A stretch of DNA of 64,000 nucleotides, from contig JACQPJ010000035.1 of NCBI GenBank assembly GCA_016207605.1, positions 11,345 through 75,344 of the forward strand. The letters are read 5' to 3'. This document shows, in pieces, positions 1 through 10,357 of this stretch. The notes beneath the pieces were generated by a model that saw nothing but the letters and a program-made list of their open reading frames with translations, had not been told where the DNA came from and searched no databases. The translations under genes and the position numbers were made by a program. Source of the DNA: Elusimicrobiota bacterium (GTDB lineage Bacteria > Elusimicrobiota > Elusimicrobia > UBA1565 > UBA9628). Each line of letters opens with the position of its first letter. Position 1 is the stretch's first letter.

Positions 1-995
1 TGGGTCAGCTCGGCTACGCCGAGCGCGCCGAGCGCGAGCGCGAGGCCTCCCGGCTCTGGCGCGAGGCCCGCGATTTGGAGTTCGAGATATCCCGCCGACT
101 GGTGGCCTCCGCGCAGGTGGTGCTGGCCACCCACGCCGGCGTCTCCCCGCGTTTGGTGCGCGGCGCCTTCGACCTGGTCGTCCTCGACGAGGCCTCGCAG
201 GCCGTCGAGCCCCTCTCCTGGATCTCCGTCGCGCTGGGGCGCAAGGTCGTGCTGGCGGGCGACGCCAACCAGCTTCCGCCCACCCTCCATTCCAAGGAGG
301 CGGCCGAGGGAGGGCTGGCCAGCACCCTCTTCGATCGCCTGAAGGACGTCCTGCCCCCGACGTCCCAGACCCTCCTGCGCGTCCAGTACCGCATGCACGA
401 GGACATCATGCGCTTCCCCTCGGAGCAGTTCTACGAGGGCAAGCTCATCGCCGACGACTCCGTCGCCCGCCACCTGGCCGCGGAACTGCCCGCTGTCGCG
501 GCAACGCCGCTGACCTCCCGGCCCGTGACCTTCGTCGACACCGCCGGCGCGGGCTTCGACGAGGCCTGGAACGAGCTCCTGGAGAGCCGCGAGAACCGCG
601 GCGAGGCGGAACTGGCCGTCAAGATCATTTACGAGCTGCTTGGATCAGGCTTGAAGGCCAAAGACTGCGCGATATTAACCCCATACGTCGCCCAGGCCAA
701 GCTCCTCAAGACCTTGGGGCGCGAGCCCGGCCTGGAGATCGGCTCCGTGGACGGCTTCCAAGGCCGCGAAAAAGAGGCGGTCGTGGTCAGCTTGGTGCGC
801 TCCAACCCCGCCGGCCAGATCGGCTTCCTGGGCGACCTGCGCCGCCTCAACGTCGCCCTGACCCGCGCGCGCCGCTGCCTCATCGTCATCGGCGACTCCA
901 CGACCATCGCCCGCCACCCCGTCTACCGCGCCTTCGTCGAGCATGCCGACGCCCTGGACTCCCACCGCTCGTCCTACGAGTGGACGCACGCCTAA
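1..995 (+). CDS. SF1B (Upf1/IGHMBP2-like) DNA/RNA helicase, C-terminal portion; 5' end outside window
   Basis: Frame is open from the window edge. Helicase motifs LVVLDEASQ (II), VLAGDANQLPP (III), VQYRMH, VDGFQGREKEAVVVS (V), LNVALTRARR (VI). Confidence 0.85.
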   Translation, partial: GQLGYAERAEREREASRLWREARDLEFEISRRLVASAQVVLATHAGVSPRLVRGAFDLVVLDEASQAVEPLSWISVALGRKVVLAGDANQLPPTLHSKEAAEGGLASTLFDRLKDVLPPTSQTLLRVQYRMHEDIMRFPSEQFYEGKLIADDSVARHLAAELPAVAATPLTSRPVTFVDTAGAGFDEAWNELLESRENRGEAELAVKIIYELLGSGLKAKDCAILTPYVAQAKLLKTLGREPGLEIGSVDGFQGREKEAVVVSLVRSNPAGQIGFLGDLRRLNVALTRARRCLIVIGDSTTIARHPVYRAFVEHADALDSHRSSYEWTHA

Positions 996-1122
996 GTTAT
1001 TGACCGAGTGGGACCGGTCCTAGGACCTGGGGCCTAGGCGGCCTAGGACTAAAGACCCTTCTCCTTCGGCGCGGATCAAGGCTAGAATCGCGTCGCAGAC
1101 TCATATAGAGGAAGGGGGAATC

Positions 1123-2232
1123 ATGAAACGCTCCATTTTCGTTCTCGCCGCGGTCTTTTTGGGCTTGTCCGCGCGCGCTCACGACGGACCTGAGAAAGTC
1201 CCGCCGCACGCTTCGATGCCGGCCGCTTCGGATCCCGAGACCGCGACGATGCAGGCGGCCTTGCGGAAGGTGATCCCTTTGCTCCCGGCGGATCAGACGG
1301 CCGAGCTGGCGGAGGGTCTGCCATTCGTGGTCCCGCGCCTGGAAACCTTGACCAGCAAGGTTCTTGGCTATGCCCCGGAGGACGACCCCGAGTACAAATA
1401 TCCCGACCAATCCTATTACCCGAGCGGGACCATCAAGGGCAATATCTCACTGAGGACGGTGGAGGCCCTGAACGTGGCCGACAACCCCAAGGTTCCGTCC
1501 CAGGTCCGGGCGACCCTGTACAACCTCTTCTTCCGGGTCGTGGTGCATGAGATCGAGCACTGCATGCAGTACAGGCGCAAGCCGGTGTTCCCGCTGAGCA
1601 AGGCCGAGGAGTGCCCCAAGGGCCTCTGCGATCCGGCCCGCATCGAGCAGACGCGGCTGAGGACCGAATACGAGTTCGCCGCCTTGGCGCGAGACTTCAA
1701 GGAGGCGCGGTCGCGCCGGCTCGTGGAGACCGCGGACGGCGGCTTCCGCTTCGACGACGAGAACGCCACGCGGAACAAGCAGGACTTCCTCGACGCGGCC
1801 AAATACCTGGATCAGCATCCCGAGCTGCTGACAAGCCGCATCAAGAACTTCCCGGACCGGTTGCGGCTGGCCGCCGTGGAGACGGAGCAGATCATCTCGG
1901 AGACGCATCGGATCATGTACGAGTCCGCCTACATGATCCCGCTGTTGGGGCGGGAGTACTTGCTGGCCCAACGGATGTACAGTTCCGTTGAGGCCGGCGT
2001 GCGCGACGCCGGGGACCCGCTCGGAGTGCCCCTTGGGCGGGAGCATTCCTTTTCGAATGTCAGGCAGGAGGAGATACGCCGCAAGCTGCTGTTTTATCTC
2101 GACTTCGACTGCGGACGCAACGCTTTGAAAGAACCGGACATCATCCGCGGCGACTACCGGCACGTGGTGCCCGTCTTCGAGGCCGTGCTGGGGACCTCGA
2201 AATGCGGGCCTGTGATGGAGTCCGGCGCCTGA
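1123..2232 (+). CDS. Hypothetical exported protein with HExxH metallopeptidase-like motif
   Basis: 369-aa ORF with signal-like N-terminus MKRSIFVLAAVFLGLSARA and a single VVHEIEHCMQY motif. No family recognised. Confidence 0.5.
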   Translation: MKRSIFVLAAVFLGLSARAHDGPEKVPPHASMPAASDPETATMQAALRKVIPLLPADQTAELAEGLPFVVPRLETLTSKVLGYAPEDDPEYKYPDQSYYPSGTIKGNISLRTVEALNVADNPKVPSQVRATLYNLFFRVVVHEIEHCMQYRRKPVFPLSKAEECPKGLCDPARIEQTRLRTEYEFAALARDFKEARSRRLVETADGGFRFDDENATRNKQDFLDAAKYLDQHPELLTSRIKNFPDRLRLAAVETEQIISETHRIMYESAYMIPLLGREYLLAQRMYSSVEAGVRDAGDPLGVPLGREHSFSNVRQEEIRRKLLFYLDFDCGRNALKEPDIIRGDYRHVVPVFEAVLGTSKCGPVMESGA

Positions 2233-2341
2233 TTTTAGAGCAGCTCGGGCAATCCCTCCGCTGACCCATTTTTGCCGGGAACTTTTTCGGGGGGGTCCGC
2301 GTATACCTAGGGACGTTCAATCCACGACCTAGGGAGGACGC

Positions 2342-2650
2342 ATGGACGCGACGCTGCCGAAGCTGGAGGGACGGGTCAGGCTGTACCAGGACGCGACGGA
2401 CCGGCCGACGAAATTGCTGGCCTTCGCGGAGCTCGTGATCGCGGACGCCTTCGTCATCAAGGGCATCCGGGTCCTGCAGAAGCGTGCGGCGGGGGAGGAG
2501 GAGCCCTTCGTCTCCTTCCCGGCCGAGCGGGGCAAGGGCGAGGCGCAGGAGCGCTGGTTCGACCTCGCGCATCCCGTCACCGCCGAGGCCCGCGCCGCCG
2601 CGACCGCGGTGGTACTGGAACGCTACCGCCAGGCCTGCTCCAAGTCCTAA
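2342..2650 (+). CDS. spoVG: SpoVG family protein
   Basis: 102 aa. KLLAFAELVIADAFVIKGIRVL...PFVSFPAER...DLAHPVTAEAR matches the SpoVG core pattern. Confidence 0.7.
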   Translation: MDATLPKLEGRVRLYQDATDRPTKLLAFAELVIADAFVIKGIRVLQKRAAGEEEPFVSFPAERGKGEAQERWFDLAHPVTAEARAAATAVVLERYRQACSKS

Positions 2651-2703
2651 CACTTGATGTGTATTAGAGTGTGTATTATAATATTCACATGCTCTATAAA
2701 CGC

Positions 2704-2934
2704 ATGAACATCACCTTGCCTCAGCCGATCGCCAAGAAGTTGGAGAAGGTTTCCAACAAGAGCGCCTTCATCGCCCGGGCCGTCGCCGAGCGCATGGCGG
2801 CGCTGGAGAAAGCGGAGTTCAAGCGCCGGCTGATCAAGGACTACAAGGAAGCGGCCAACGATCCCGATGACATTGCGGAGATGAAGATATGGGACGAGGC
2901 CGTCGGCGACGGTCTCGAGGAGGATGATTGGTGA
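2704..2934 (+). CDS. Ribbon-helix-helix (CopG/MazE-like) antitoxin
   Basis: MNITLPQPIAKKLEKVSNKSAFIARAVAERM is a typical RHH N-terminus. It overlaps the downstream toxin gene by 7 nt. I chose the 2704 start because the track start at 2671 lies inside the putative promoter. Confidence 0.7.
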   Translation: MNITLPQPIAKKLEKVSNKSAFIARAVAERMAALEKAEFKRRLIKDYKEAANDPDDIAEMKIWDEAVGDGLEEDDW

Positions 2935-3266
2935 TCTCCCGCGGAAGCATTTACTGGGTTTCGTTCGAAGGAGCGGTCGGAGCCGAGATCCAGAAAACTC
3001 GTCCTGCCGTCGTCATCTCAAACAACGCGTGCAACTTCTATCTGAGAACGGTGACCGTCGTGCCGTTGACTTCGCGGGCTCAGCGCGTCTTCAGCTTCGA
3101 AGTCGCGGTGCCGGAAAAGGTCGTCGGCGACGGCCGTCCCTGCAAAGCGAGAACCCATCAATTGAAGGCGGTTGATAAATCGCGACTTCGCGCGCGCATG
3201 GGGCAAATGCCGGAGGAGGTGATGCGAAAAATCGACGAATCTTTAAGAACGCACTTGGGGCTTTGA
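2928..3266 (+). CDS. mazF: MazF/PemK family type II toxin endoribonuclease
   Basis: 112 aa. RGSIYWVSF...GAEIQKTRPAVVISNN...VTVVPLTS is a hallmark PemK/MazF pattern, and the gene is paired with the upstream RHH gene. Confidence 0.85.
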   Translation: MVISRGSIYWVSFEGAVGAEIQKTRPAVVISNNACNFYLRTVTVVPLTSRAQRVFSFEVAVPEKVVGDGRPCKARTHQLKAVDKSRLRARMGQMPEEVMRKIDESLRTHLGL

Positions 3267-3872
3267 CGCCGCGCGGCGGTGGCGCCGCCACTCCCAGGCG
3301 CCGGGCAGCAGCGAGAGGATCACCACGACGACGATGACTTCGTGGATGCGCCGCTCGATGTTCGGGACCAGGGCGGCCAGAAAGTAGCCGCCCAGCACGG
3401 TGCTCAGCACCCAGAGGAGCCCGCCGGCGACGTTGTAGAAGACGAAGGTCGCGTAGTCCATGCGCGCCACGCCCGCCACGGCGGGCGCGAAAGTGCGCAC
3501 GATGGGCACGAAGCGGGCCAGGACGATGGTCTTGGCGCCGTAGCGTTCGTAGAAGTCGTGCGCGCGCCGGAGGTGGGTCTTCTTGAAGAACGGCCCGTCG
3601 GGCCGCGCGTAGAGCGCCTCGCCGGCCTTGCGGCCGATCAGGTAGCCGACCTGGTCGCCGGCGATGGCGCAGAGGGGAAGAAGCGTCAGCAGCCAGAACA
3701 GCGAGAGGTGCCCCGTGCGCGCGAAGATGCCGGCCGTGACGAGCAGGGAGTCGCCGGGGAGGAAGAAGCCGACGAAGAGCCCGGTCTCGACGAAGACAAT
3801 GGCCGAGACCAAAGTCAGCCCGCCCCAGGAGATGAGCGCCTGGACGTCGTAGATTTTCCTGAGGAGGTCCAC
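3243..3872 (-). CDS. DedA family inner-membrane protein
   Basis: VFVETGLFVGFFLPGDSLLV...GDQVGYLIGRKAG...RFVPIVRTFAPAVAGV is the DedA/SNARE-associated signature. The start was moved to the in-frame GTG at 3872 because the longer track ORF overlaps rnhA. Confidence 0.8.
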   Translation of the reverse strand: MDLLRKIYDVQALISWGGLTLVSAIVFVETGLFVGFFLPGDSLLVTAGIFARTGHLSLFWLLTLLPLCAIAGDQVGYLIGRKAGEALYARPDGPFFKKTHLRRAHDFYERYGAKTIVLARFVPIVRTFAPAVAGVARMDYATFVFYNVAGGLLWVLSTVLGGYFLAALVPNIERRIHEVIVVVVILSLLPGAWEWRRHRRAASKPQVRS

Positions 3873-3924
3873 GGGGCCGTCATGGTAGCAGATTGAACCG
3901 GAAACGGCTATAATCGCGCCGGTT

Positions 3925-4644
3925 TTGAAGCGCCTTCTCGCGCTGTTCACCGACGGAGCCTGCTCCGGCAACCCCGGCCCGGGGGGCTGGGCCTTCGTCG
4001 CGGCCCTCCCCGACGGCCGGGTCAAGGAAGGCGCCGGCCGCGTCGAGGCGACGACCAACAACCGCATGGAGATGACTGCCGTCATTCGGGCTTTGGCCGT
4101 GGTCCAAGGCATATCCGCCGTTGCCGTTGTTCACACCGACTCGACCTACGTGCTGGGCGGCGTCACGGGTTGGCTCTCAAACTGGAAGCGCCGCGGCTGG
4201 CGCACGGCGGAGGGCAATCCCGTCAAGAACGAGGACCTCTGGCGGTCCCTCGACGCGGCCGTCGCCGCGCGCGGGCCGGGGGGCGTCGAGTGGCGCTGGG
4301 TGCGCGGCCACGACGGCCACGACGCCAACGAGCGCTGCGACGCCTTGGCCGTCGCCATGTCCCGCCGCCGCCGCGTAGAGCTTTACGACGGTCCTTTCAA
4401 CGCCTATCCCTATGGCTCGCTGGCCCCGTCGCCGCAGGCGCCCGCCGCGCCGCGTCCGCACTTGCGCTGCGCGCCCGCCGTCGGCGGCCCCGTCGTCTAC
4501 CTCAGCCTGCTGGACGGCCGGCTGGAGCGCCACGCGTCCTGGAAGGAGTGTGAGGCGCGCGTGAAGGGCCGTCCCGCCCGCTTCAAGAAGGTCCGCACTC
4601 CGGGGGAAGAGGCGGCCGTGCGCCGCGCCTGGGGGCTGGATTAG
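3925..4644 (+). CDS. rnhA: Ribonuclease HI with C-terminal hybrid-binding (Cauli_VI-like) domain
   Basis: FTDGACSGNPGPGGWA, TTNNRMEMTAVIRAL, VHTDSTYV and VRGHDGHDANERCDALA give the RNase H DEDD core. The C-terminal ASWKECEARVKGRPARFKKVRTPGEEAA resembles the RNase H1 HBD. Confidence 0.85.
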   Translation: MKRLLALFTDGACSGNPGPGGWAFVAALPDGRVKEGAGRVEATTNNRMEMTAVIRALAVVQGISAVAVVHTDSTYVLGGVTGWLSNWKRRGWRTAEGNPVKNEDLWRSLDAAVAARGPGGVEWRWVRGHDGHDANERCDALAVAMSRRRRVELYDGPFNAYPYGSLAPSPQAPAAPRPHLRCAPAVGGPVVYLSLLDGRLERHASWKECEARVKGRPARFKKVRTPGEEAAVRRAWGLD

Positions 4645-4693
4645 GCGGCCTGGGAGCTGGGCCTAGACGAGAGGCAACTGCTAACATCGGTTC

Positions 4694-5773
4694 GTGGCGA
4701 ACGTCGTTTATTACGTGTCGGGACACGGGTACGGGCACGCGACGCGCTCGGCGCTGATCCTGGAGGCGCTGGCCGCGGAGCTGCCGGGCTTGCACGCGGC
4801 GGCGCGCACGTCGGCGCCGGCGGCGCTCTTTAGCGCGGGGGTGGAGGTCTCCGTCGGGGCCGAGGAGCCCATGCCCGTCCAGCGCGACCCCTGGACTGCG
4901 GACTGGGAGGCGACCTTGGCCGCGCACCGGGACGCCTCGGCCCGCCGCGCCCGGGACGTTGCGGCGGAGGCGGAATTCCTCAGGCGCTTCGGAGCGGACC
5001 TGGTCCTCACGGATGTCCCGTCCCTGGCCTGCGAGGCGGCGGCCGCGGCCGGGCTCCCGGCGTGGATCGTCTCCAATTTCACCTGGGACTGGATTTACGC
5101 CGAGAAGGCGGCGGAGGACCCGCGTTGGGCGCCGGTCGCCGACCTCCTGTCGCGGGGCTACGCCCAAGCGGCGGGCGCTCTGCGCCTGCCCATGTCGGGG
5201 GGCTTCTCCTGTGTGGCGCGCGTCGAGGACGTCGGGCTGGTCGCCCGCCGCTCGCGGCGCTCGCGCGCCGAGGCGCGCGCGGCGCTAGGCGTCCCGGACG
5301 ACGGCCGGCCGCTGGTGCTGGTCTCCTTCGGGGGCGTGCCGCCGGACCGTCTGCGCGTTTCCGGGGACCTCTCCGCCTGGCGCTTCGCGGGTCTGGGCCC
5401 GGCGCCCGAGGGCTTGTCCGCGCCGTGGACCGCGCTGGGCCGCGGCGGGGCTCCCCACGCCGAGGCGGTGGCGGCCTGCGACGCGCTTCTCGGCAAGCCC
5501 GGCTACGGCACCTTTTCCGAGGCCGCGGCGCACGGCGTCCGCGTGCTCTACGTGGACCGCCCCGCCTACGCGGAGTCCCGCGCGCTCACGAGCTGGATCC
5601 GCGCCAACGCCCGCGCGGCCGAGCTGCCGCGGCCGGACTACGAGGCGGGGGACTGGGGGCCCGCGCTCGCCGCTCTCTTCGCCCGTCCGTCCCGACCGCC
5701 CGTCCCGTCCGGCGGCGCCGCGCAAATCGCCCGCCGCCTGCGGGCCCTGATCGAAGAGAGCGTCCGAAACTGA
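4694..5773 (+). CDS. GT-B fold glycosyltransferase-like protein (GT1/GT28-like)
   Basis: GTG start. N-terminal [14 protein letters not shown] and C-terminal [13 protein letters not shown] resemble MurG/UDP-glycosyltransferase-type folds. Sits next to glycogen genes. Confidence 0.5.
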   Translation: MANVVYYVSGHGYGHATRSALILEALAAELPGLHAAARTSAPAALFSAGVEVSVGAEEPMPVQRDPWTADWEATLAAHRDASARRARDVAAEAEFLRRFGADLVLTDVPSLACEAAAAAGLPAWIVSNFTWDWIYAEKAAEDPRWAPVADLLSRGYAQAAGALRLPMSGGFSCVARVEDVGLVARRSRRSRAEARAALGVPDDGRPLVLVSFGGVPPDRLRVSGDLSAWRFAGLGPAPEGLSAPWTALGRGGAPHAEAVAACDALLGKPGYGTFSEAAAHGVRVLYVDRPAYAESRALTSWIRANARAAELPRPDYEAGDWGPALAALFARPSRPPVPSGGAAQIARRLRALIEESVRN

Positions 5774-5812
5774 TAACATCGGCGAAGGCGAAGCATTCAG
5801 GCACGAATTATT

Positions 5813-7186
5813 TTGATGCCAGATCGAGTGACGTTGAAGCGCCGCGCCGGCGGGGTGCTCCTGCACCCGACTTCCCTGCCGGGGGGCGGCCTGGGGCCGG
5901 AGGCGTTCGCCTTCGCGGACTGGCTGGCCCAGGCCGGCCAATCGTGGTGGCAGATGCTGCCCATCGTGCCGCCCGACGAGCTCGGCTCCCCGTACGCCTC
6001 GCCTTCCGCGTTCGCGGGCGATCCCGGCCTGCTGGGTCCGGGAGCGGCCGAGGAGCCGCCGAGCCGGACGGACCGCGGAGAGTTCGAAGCTTTCCGCGCG
6101 CGCGAGGCGGGCTGGCTCGACGATCACGCGCTGTTCCTGGCGCTCAAGGACGCTCATCGCGGCAGACCCTGGACCGACTGGGACGAGCCCCTGCGCTGCC
6201 GCGACCCCGAGGCCCTCGACGAGGCCCGGCGCGGCCTCGAGGAGCCCGTCTTGCGCCACGCTCTGGCGCAATGGCGCTTCGCGCGGCGCTGGGCGGAGCT
6301 GAGGGCGCACGCGGCCGGCCGCGGCTTGGGCCTGCTGGGGGACGTTCCTCTTTACGTGCGCCACGACAGCGCGGACGTCTGGGCGCACCAGGAGCTTTTC
6401 CTTCTGGACGCGGCCGGCCGGCCGACCGCGGTCGCGGGGGTCCCGCCGGACTACTTCTCGGCCGCGGGACAGCTTTGGGGCAACCCGCTCTACCGCTGGG
6501 AGCGGCACGCCGAGACGGGGTTTTCCTGGTGGATCGCCCGGCTCAAGGCCTGCGCGGAGCGCTTCGACGCCGTGCGCCTGGACCACTTCATCGGCCTGCG
6601 CCGCTACTGGGAGATCCCCGCGGGCGAGGCCACGGCGGTCCATGGACGCTGGGTGGACGCGCCCGGGGCGGCCCTGCTCGCGGCGGTTCGCGCGGCGGTC
6701 CCCGAGCTCGAGATCCTGGCCGAGGACCTGGGCTGTCTGACGCCCGCGGTCGCGGCCCTGCGCGACGCCTTCGGCCTGCCCGGCATGCGCGTGGCGCAGT
6801 TCTCCTTCGGCGACGGGGAGGCCGACCGGCCTCGGAACTGGCCCGAGAACTGCGCGGGCTACACGGGCACGCACGACAACGACACGGCGCGCGGCTGGTG
6901 GGAGGCCGGCGCCGCCCCCGCCGAGCGCGAGGCTTTCCGCCGCGCCGCGGGCGGGACCGAGCCGGCCTCCTGGGCCATGACGCGCCTGGTCTGGCAGTCC
7001 CCGGCGCGCCTGGCCTGCGCGCCCCTGCAGGACCTGCTCGACCTGCCCTCCTCGGCGCGCATGAACCGCCCCGGCACGGCGTCGGGCAACTGGCGCTGGC
7101 GCCTGGAACCGGGCGCCCTCGGCCCGGATTTGGCCGCGCGTCTGGCCGAGTTGACGCGCGCCTGCGGCCGCGCGCCGCGCGCATGA
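5813..7186 (+). CDS. malQ: 4-alpha-glucanotransferase (amylomaltase, GH77)
   Basis: [40 protein letters not shown] and TGTHDNDT motifs. Confidence 0.9.
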   Translation: MMPDRVTLKRRAGGVLLHPTSLPGGGLGPEAFAFADWLAQAGQSWWQMLPIVPPDELGSPYASPSAFAGDPGLLGPGAAEEPPSRTDRGEFEAFRAREAGWLDDHALFLALKDAHRGRPWTDWDEPLRCRDPEALDEARRGLEEPVLRHALAQWRFARRWAELRAHAAGRGLGLLGDVPLYVRHDSADVWAHQELFLLDAAGRPTAVAGVPPDYFSAAGQLWGNPLYRWERHAETGFSWWIARLKACAERFDAVRLDHFIGLRRYWEIPAGEATAVHGRWVDAPGAALLAAVRAAVPELEILAEDLGCLTPAVAALRDAFGLPGMRVAQFSFGDGEADRPRNWPENCAGYTGTHDNDTARGWWEAGAAPAEREAFRRAAGGTEPASWAMTRLVWQSPARLACAPLQDLLDLPSSARMNRPGTASGNWRWRLEPGALGPDLAARLAELTRACGRAPRA

Positions 7187-9102
7187 AGGCCGCGGCCGTC
7201 GAGGCCGCGTCCAGCCCGCTCACGGACCTCGACCTTCACCTCTTCAACGAGGGCACGCACGCCCGTCTCTACGAGAAGCTCGGCGCGCGCCCGGCCGCGC
7301 GCGGCGGCGTCGATGGGGTCTATTTCGCGGTTTGGGCGCCGTCGGCCCGCCGCGTGCACGTGATGGGGGACTTCAACGGCTGGTCCAAGAGCCGGCACCC
7401 GCTTCAGCCCCGCGGCTCGTCCGGGATCTGGGAGGGCTTCATTCCGGGCCCGGGCCCGGGAGCCCTCTACAAGTATTGGGTCCAAGGCCGGGACCACGGC
7501 TTCAAGCTCGAGAAAGCCGATCCCTTCGGAGTCCGGCACGAGGAGCCGCCGCGCACCGCCTCGGTGGTCTGGGACCTGGCCTACGATTGGGGCGACGGGG
7601 AGTGGATGGCGGCGCGCCGCGCCCGCGCCGCGCTCGACGCTCCCGTGTCCATCTACGAGGTCCACCTCGGCTCCTGGCGCCGCGTGCCCGAGGAGGGGGA
7701 GCGCTGGCTCTCCTACCGCGAGCTGGCGCCCCGCCTGGCCGCGCACGTCAAGCGCCTGGGCTTCACGCACGTGGAGTTCCTGCCGGTCATGGAGCACCCC
7801 TTCTACGGCTCCTGGGGCTACCAGACCTCGGGCTATTTCGCCCCGACGTCCCGCTACGGGACGCCTCAGGACCTCATGTTCCTGATCGACCATCTCCATC
7901 GGGAGGGGATCGGCGTGATCCTGGACTGGGTGCCGTCGCATTTCCCGACCGACCCGCACGGCCTGGCGCTCTTCGACGGGACCCACCTCTACGAGCACGC
8001 CGACCCGCGCCAGGGCTTCCATCCGGATTGGAAGAGCGCGATCTACAACTACGGGCGCAACGAGGTGCGCGCCTTCCTCCTTTCCAACGCCCTCTTCTGG
8101 CTCGACAAGTTCCACGCCGACGGCCTGCGCGTGGACGCGGTCGCCTCCATGCTCTACCTCGACTACTCGCGGCGCGAGGGCGAGTGGATCCCCAACAAGC
8201 TCGGGGGGCGCGAGAACCTCGAGGCGGCCTCCTTCCTCCGCCAGCTCAACGAGACGGTCTACCGGGAGTATCCGGACGCGCAGACCTTCGCCGAGGAGTC
8301 CACCGCCTGGCCGGGGGTGTCCAAGCCGGCCTACGCGGGCGGGCTGGGCTTCGGGCTCAAGTGGGACATGGGCTGGATGCACGACACGCTGCGCTACCTG
8401 CGCCGGGACCCCGTGCACCGGCGCCATCACCAGGGCGAGCTGACCTTCCGCGCCCTCTACCAGTTCCACGAGAACTTCGTCCTGCCGCTCTCCCACGACG
8501 AAACCGTGCACGGCAAGGGCGCCCTCCTCGAGCAGATGCCCGGCGACGACTGGCAGAAGTTCGCCAACCTGCGCCTGCTCCACGCTTGGCAGTGGGCCCA
8601 GCCGGGCAAGAAGCTCCTCTTCATGGGCGGGGAGTTCGCCCAGCGCCGCGAGTGGAGCCACGACCGCTCCCTGGACTGGCACCTGCTCGACCTGGCGCCG
8701 CACCGCGGCGTGGCGCGCTGGGTCGAGCGCCTCAACCGCCTCTACCGCGCCGAGCCGGCCCTTCACCGCCGAGACTGCGATCCCGCCGGCTTCGAGTGGG
8801 TGGACGCCGCCGACGCCGACAGCTCCGTGCTGTCCTTCCTGCGCCGGAGCGGCGACCCGGCCGAGGACGTGCTCTGCGTCTTTCACTTCACGCCGGTGCC
8901 ACGCCTCGGCTACCGCGTCGGCGTCCCGGCGGGCGGCTGGTGGGACGTGCTCGCCGACTCCCACGCCGCGGAGTTCGGCGGCGGTTCAGGGCCCTCCGTC
9001 TGGGGCGCCGCGGCGGAGGTCTCGCCCTGGCACGGCCGCCCCTTCTCCCTGCGCCTGGACCTGCCCCCGTTGGGGGCGCTGTTCCTGAGGAGGCCGCGCT
9101 GA
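7183..9102 (+). CDS. glgB: 1,4-alpha-glucan branching enzyme (GH13)
   Basis: Start ATG overlaps the malQ stop (ATGA). Motifs: [68 protein letters not shown]. Confidence 0.9.
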   Translation: MKAAAVEAASSPLTDLDLHLFNEGTHARLYEKLGARPAARGGVDGVYFAVWAPSARRVHVMGDFNGWSKSRHPLQPRGSSGIWEGFIPGPGPGALYKYWVQGRDHGFKLEKADPFGVRHEEPPRTASVVWDLAYDWGDGEWMAARRARAALDAPVSIYEVHLGSWRRVPEEGERWLSYRELAPRLAAHVKRLGFTHVEFLPVMEHPFYGSWGYQTSGYFAPTSRYGTPQDLMFLIDHLHREGIGVILDWVPSHFPTDPHGLALFDGTHLYEHADPRQGFHPDWKSAIYNYGRNEVRAFLLSNALFWLDKFHADGLRVDAVASMLYLDYSRREGEWIPNKLGGRENLEAASFLRQLNETVYREYPDAQTFAEESTAWPGVSKPAYAGGLGFGLKWDMGWMHDTLRYLRRDPVHRRHHQGELTFRALYQFHENFVLPLSHDETVHGKGALLEQMPGDDWQKFANLRLLHAWQWAQPGKKLLFMGGEFAQRREWSHDRSLDWHLLDLAPHRGVARWVERLNRLYRAEPALHRRDCDPAGFEWVDAADADSSVLSFLRRSGDPAEDVLCVFHFTPVPRLGYRVGVPAGGWWDVLADSHAAEFGGGSGPSVWGAAAEVSPWHGRPFSLRLDLPPLGALFLRRPR

Positions 9103-9283
9103 TTGTCCGGACCCCGGCCTGCCCGGGGAGCACAAATCCTCCGGGCTTTCCGCCGATGCATTTGTGGGCGGAGCGGCTTTTTCGTTTATTCCATGAATGT
9201 CGCCTATAATTTTTAGGGCGCGGACAAGAGCTTTGCGTCCTCACGGGCAGCCGTGGCCGTTTCGTTGCTTAGATAAAGACCGC

Positions 9284-10357
9284 ATGGATATGTCTCGGAC
9301 AAGGGGACTGTTCCAAATCGGGATCAGTCATCTCTTGGCGCCGATCGCGTCCCGGGAGCGCGTCGCGGTGGCGGCGCAGGACGTTGAGGGCGTTCTCCGC
9401 GGGCTCAAGAGCGCCTTAGGGCTGGGCGAGGCGGTTCTGCTTTCGACCTGCAGCCGCTTGGAGCTCTACGGGACGGCGTCCGACCCGGAGCGCGTCCGCG
9501 CGCCGGCCCGCGCCTGGTTCATCGGCCGCGCCGGCGTCGAGATCGAGACGGCGCTCGTGGCGCGCGGCGGCGGCGCGGTCTTGACCCATCTTTTCCGCGT
9601 GGCGGCCGGCCTGGATTCCTGGATCGTCGGCGAATCGGAGATTCTCGGGCAGGTCAAGCGCGCCTACGAGACCGCGCGGGGGGCTTGCGCCACGGGGCCC
9701 GTGCTCAACCGCGCCTTCCAGAGCGCCTTGGCCGCGGGCAAGGCCGCGCGCACCCAGACGGGAATCCAGAATGGCGTGCACTCCATCGGCGGCGCGGCCG
9801 CGATGCTGGCGCGCGGCATCTTCGGCCTGCGCGACGGTGGCGGCATCGTCGTCTTCGGCGCCGGGGACGCCGCGGAGGCCGCGGTCCGGCATTTGGCCGC
9901 GAAGAATTTTCGCCGCATTTGCGTGGCCAACCGCACCGCGGGCAAGGCGGAGGCGCTGGCGGCCCGCGTGGGGGGGCGCGGGGTTTCGGTCGAGCTCGGC
10001 CTGGCCCTGCTGACCGAGGTCGAGGTCGCGATCTTCTCGACGGCGAGTCCCGCGGCTTTGTTGGAGCCCGCCGCCCTCGCCGACGTCATGCGCCGCCGCC
10101 GCGGCCGCCCGCTCTTTATCGTGGATCTCGGCCTGCCGCGCAACGTGGACCCGGCCTGCGCCGCTATCGGGGGCGTTTTTCTGTATGATCTCGAGAGCTT
10201 GAGGGGAGTCGTGGCGCGCAGCGTCGCCGGCAAGGCCGGCGAGACGGAGAAGGCGGAGGCCCTGGTCGCGCGCGCGGCCTCGGCCTGCGCGGCGGAGATC
10301 GACAAGGCGGCCGCCCTGCGCGTGCCGCGGGAGGCGGCGGCATGCGCGGCATCCTAA
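9284..10357 (+). CDS. hemA: Glutamyl-tRNA reductase
   Basis: LLSTCSRLELYG, GESEILGQVKRAY and the NAD-binding VVFGAGDAAEAAV motif. Start chosen at MDMSRTRG. Confidence 0.85.
   Translation: MDMSRTRGLFQIGISHLLAPIASRERVAVAAQDVEGVLRGLKSALGLGEAVLLSTCSRLELYGTASDPERVRAPARAWFIGRAGVEIETALVARGGGAVLTHLFRVAAGLDSWIVGESEILGQVKRAYETARGACATGPVLNRAFQSALAAGKAARTQTGIQNGVHSIGGAAAMLARGIFGLRDGGGIVVFGAGDAAEAAVRHLAAKNFRRICVANRTAGKAEALAARVGGRGVSVELGLALLTEVEVAIFSTASPAALLEPAALADVMRRRRGRPLFIVDLGLPRNVDPACAAIGGVFLYDLESLRGVVARSVAGKAGETEKAEALVARAASACAAEIDKAAALRVPREAAACAAS

Noticed and set aside
3873-4112. N-terminal extension of the DedA ORF
   Set aside because: It overlaps rnhA on the opposite strand and has no DedA similarity. 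The in-frame GTG at 3872 gives a normal-length DedA.
5062-9102. 1346-aa ORF spanning the GT-like gene, malQ and glgB
   Set aside because: Only the last 639 codons (from ATG 7183) look like GlgB. The upstream part is Arg/Gly/Pro/Ala low-complexity read-through in an alternative frame over clearly recognisable genes, which is a high-G+C artefact.
9103-9283. Possible ncRNA between glgB and hemA
   Set aside because: I see only a short CCCCGG-N5-CCGGGG hairpin and a TATAAT box, which is consistent with an ordinary terminator/promoter region. No repeats and no conserved structure are visible.
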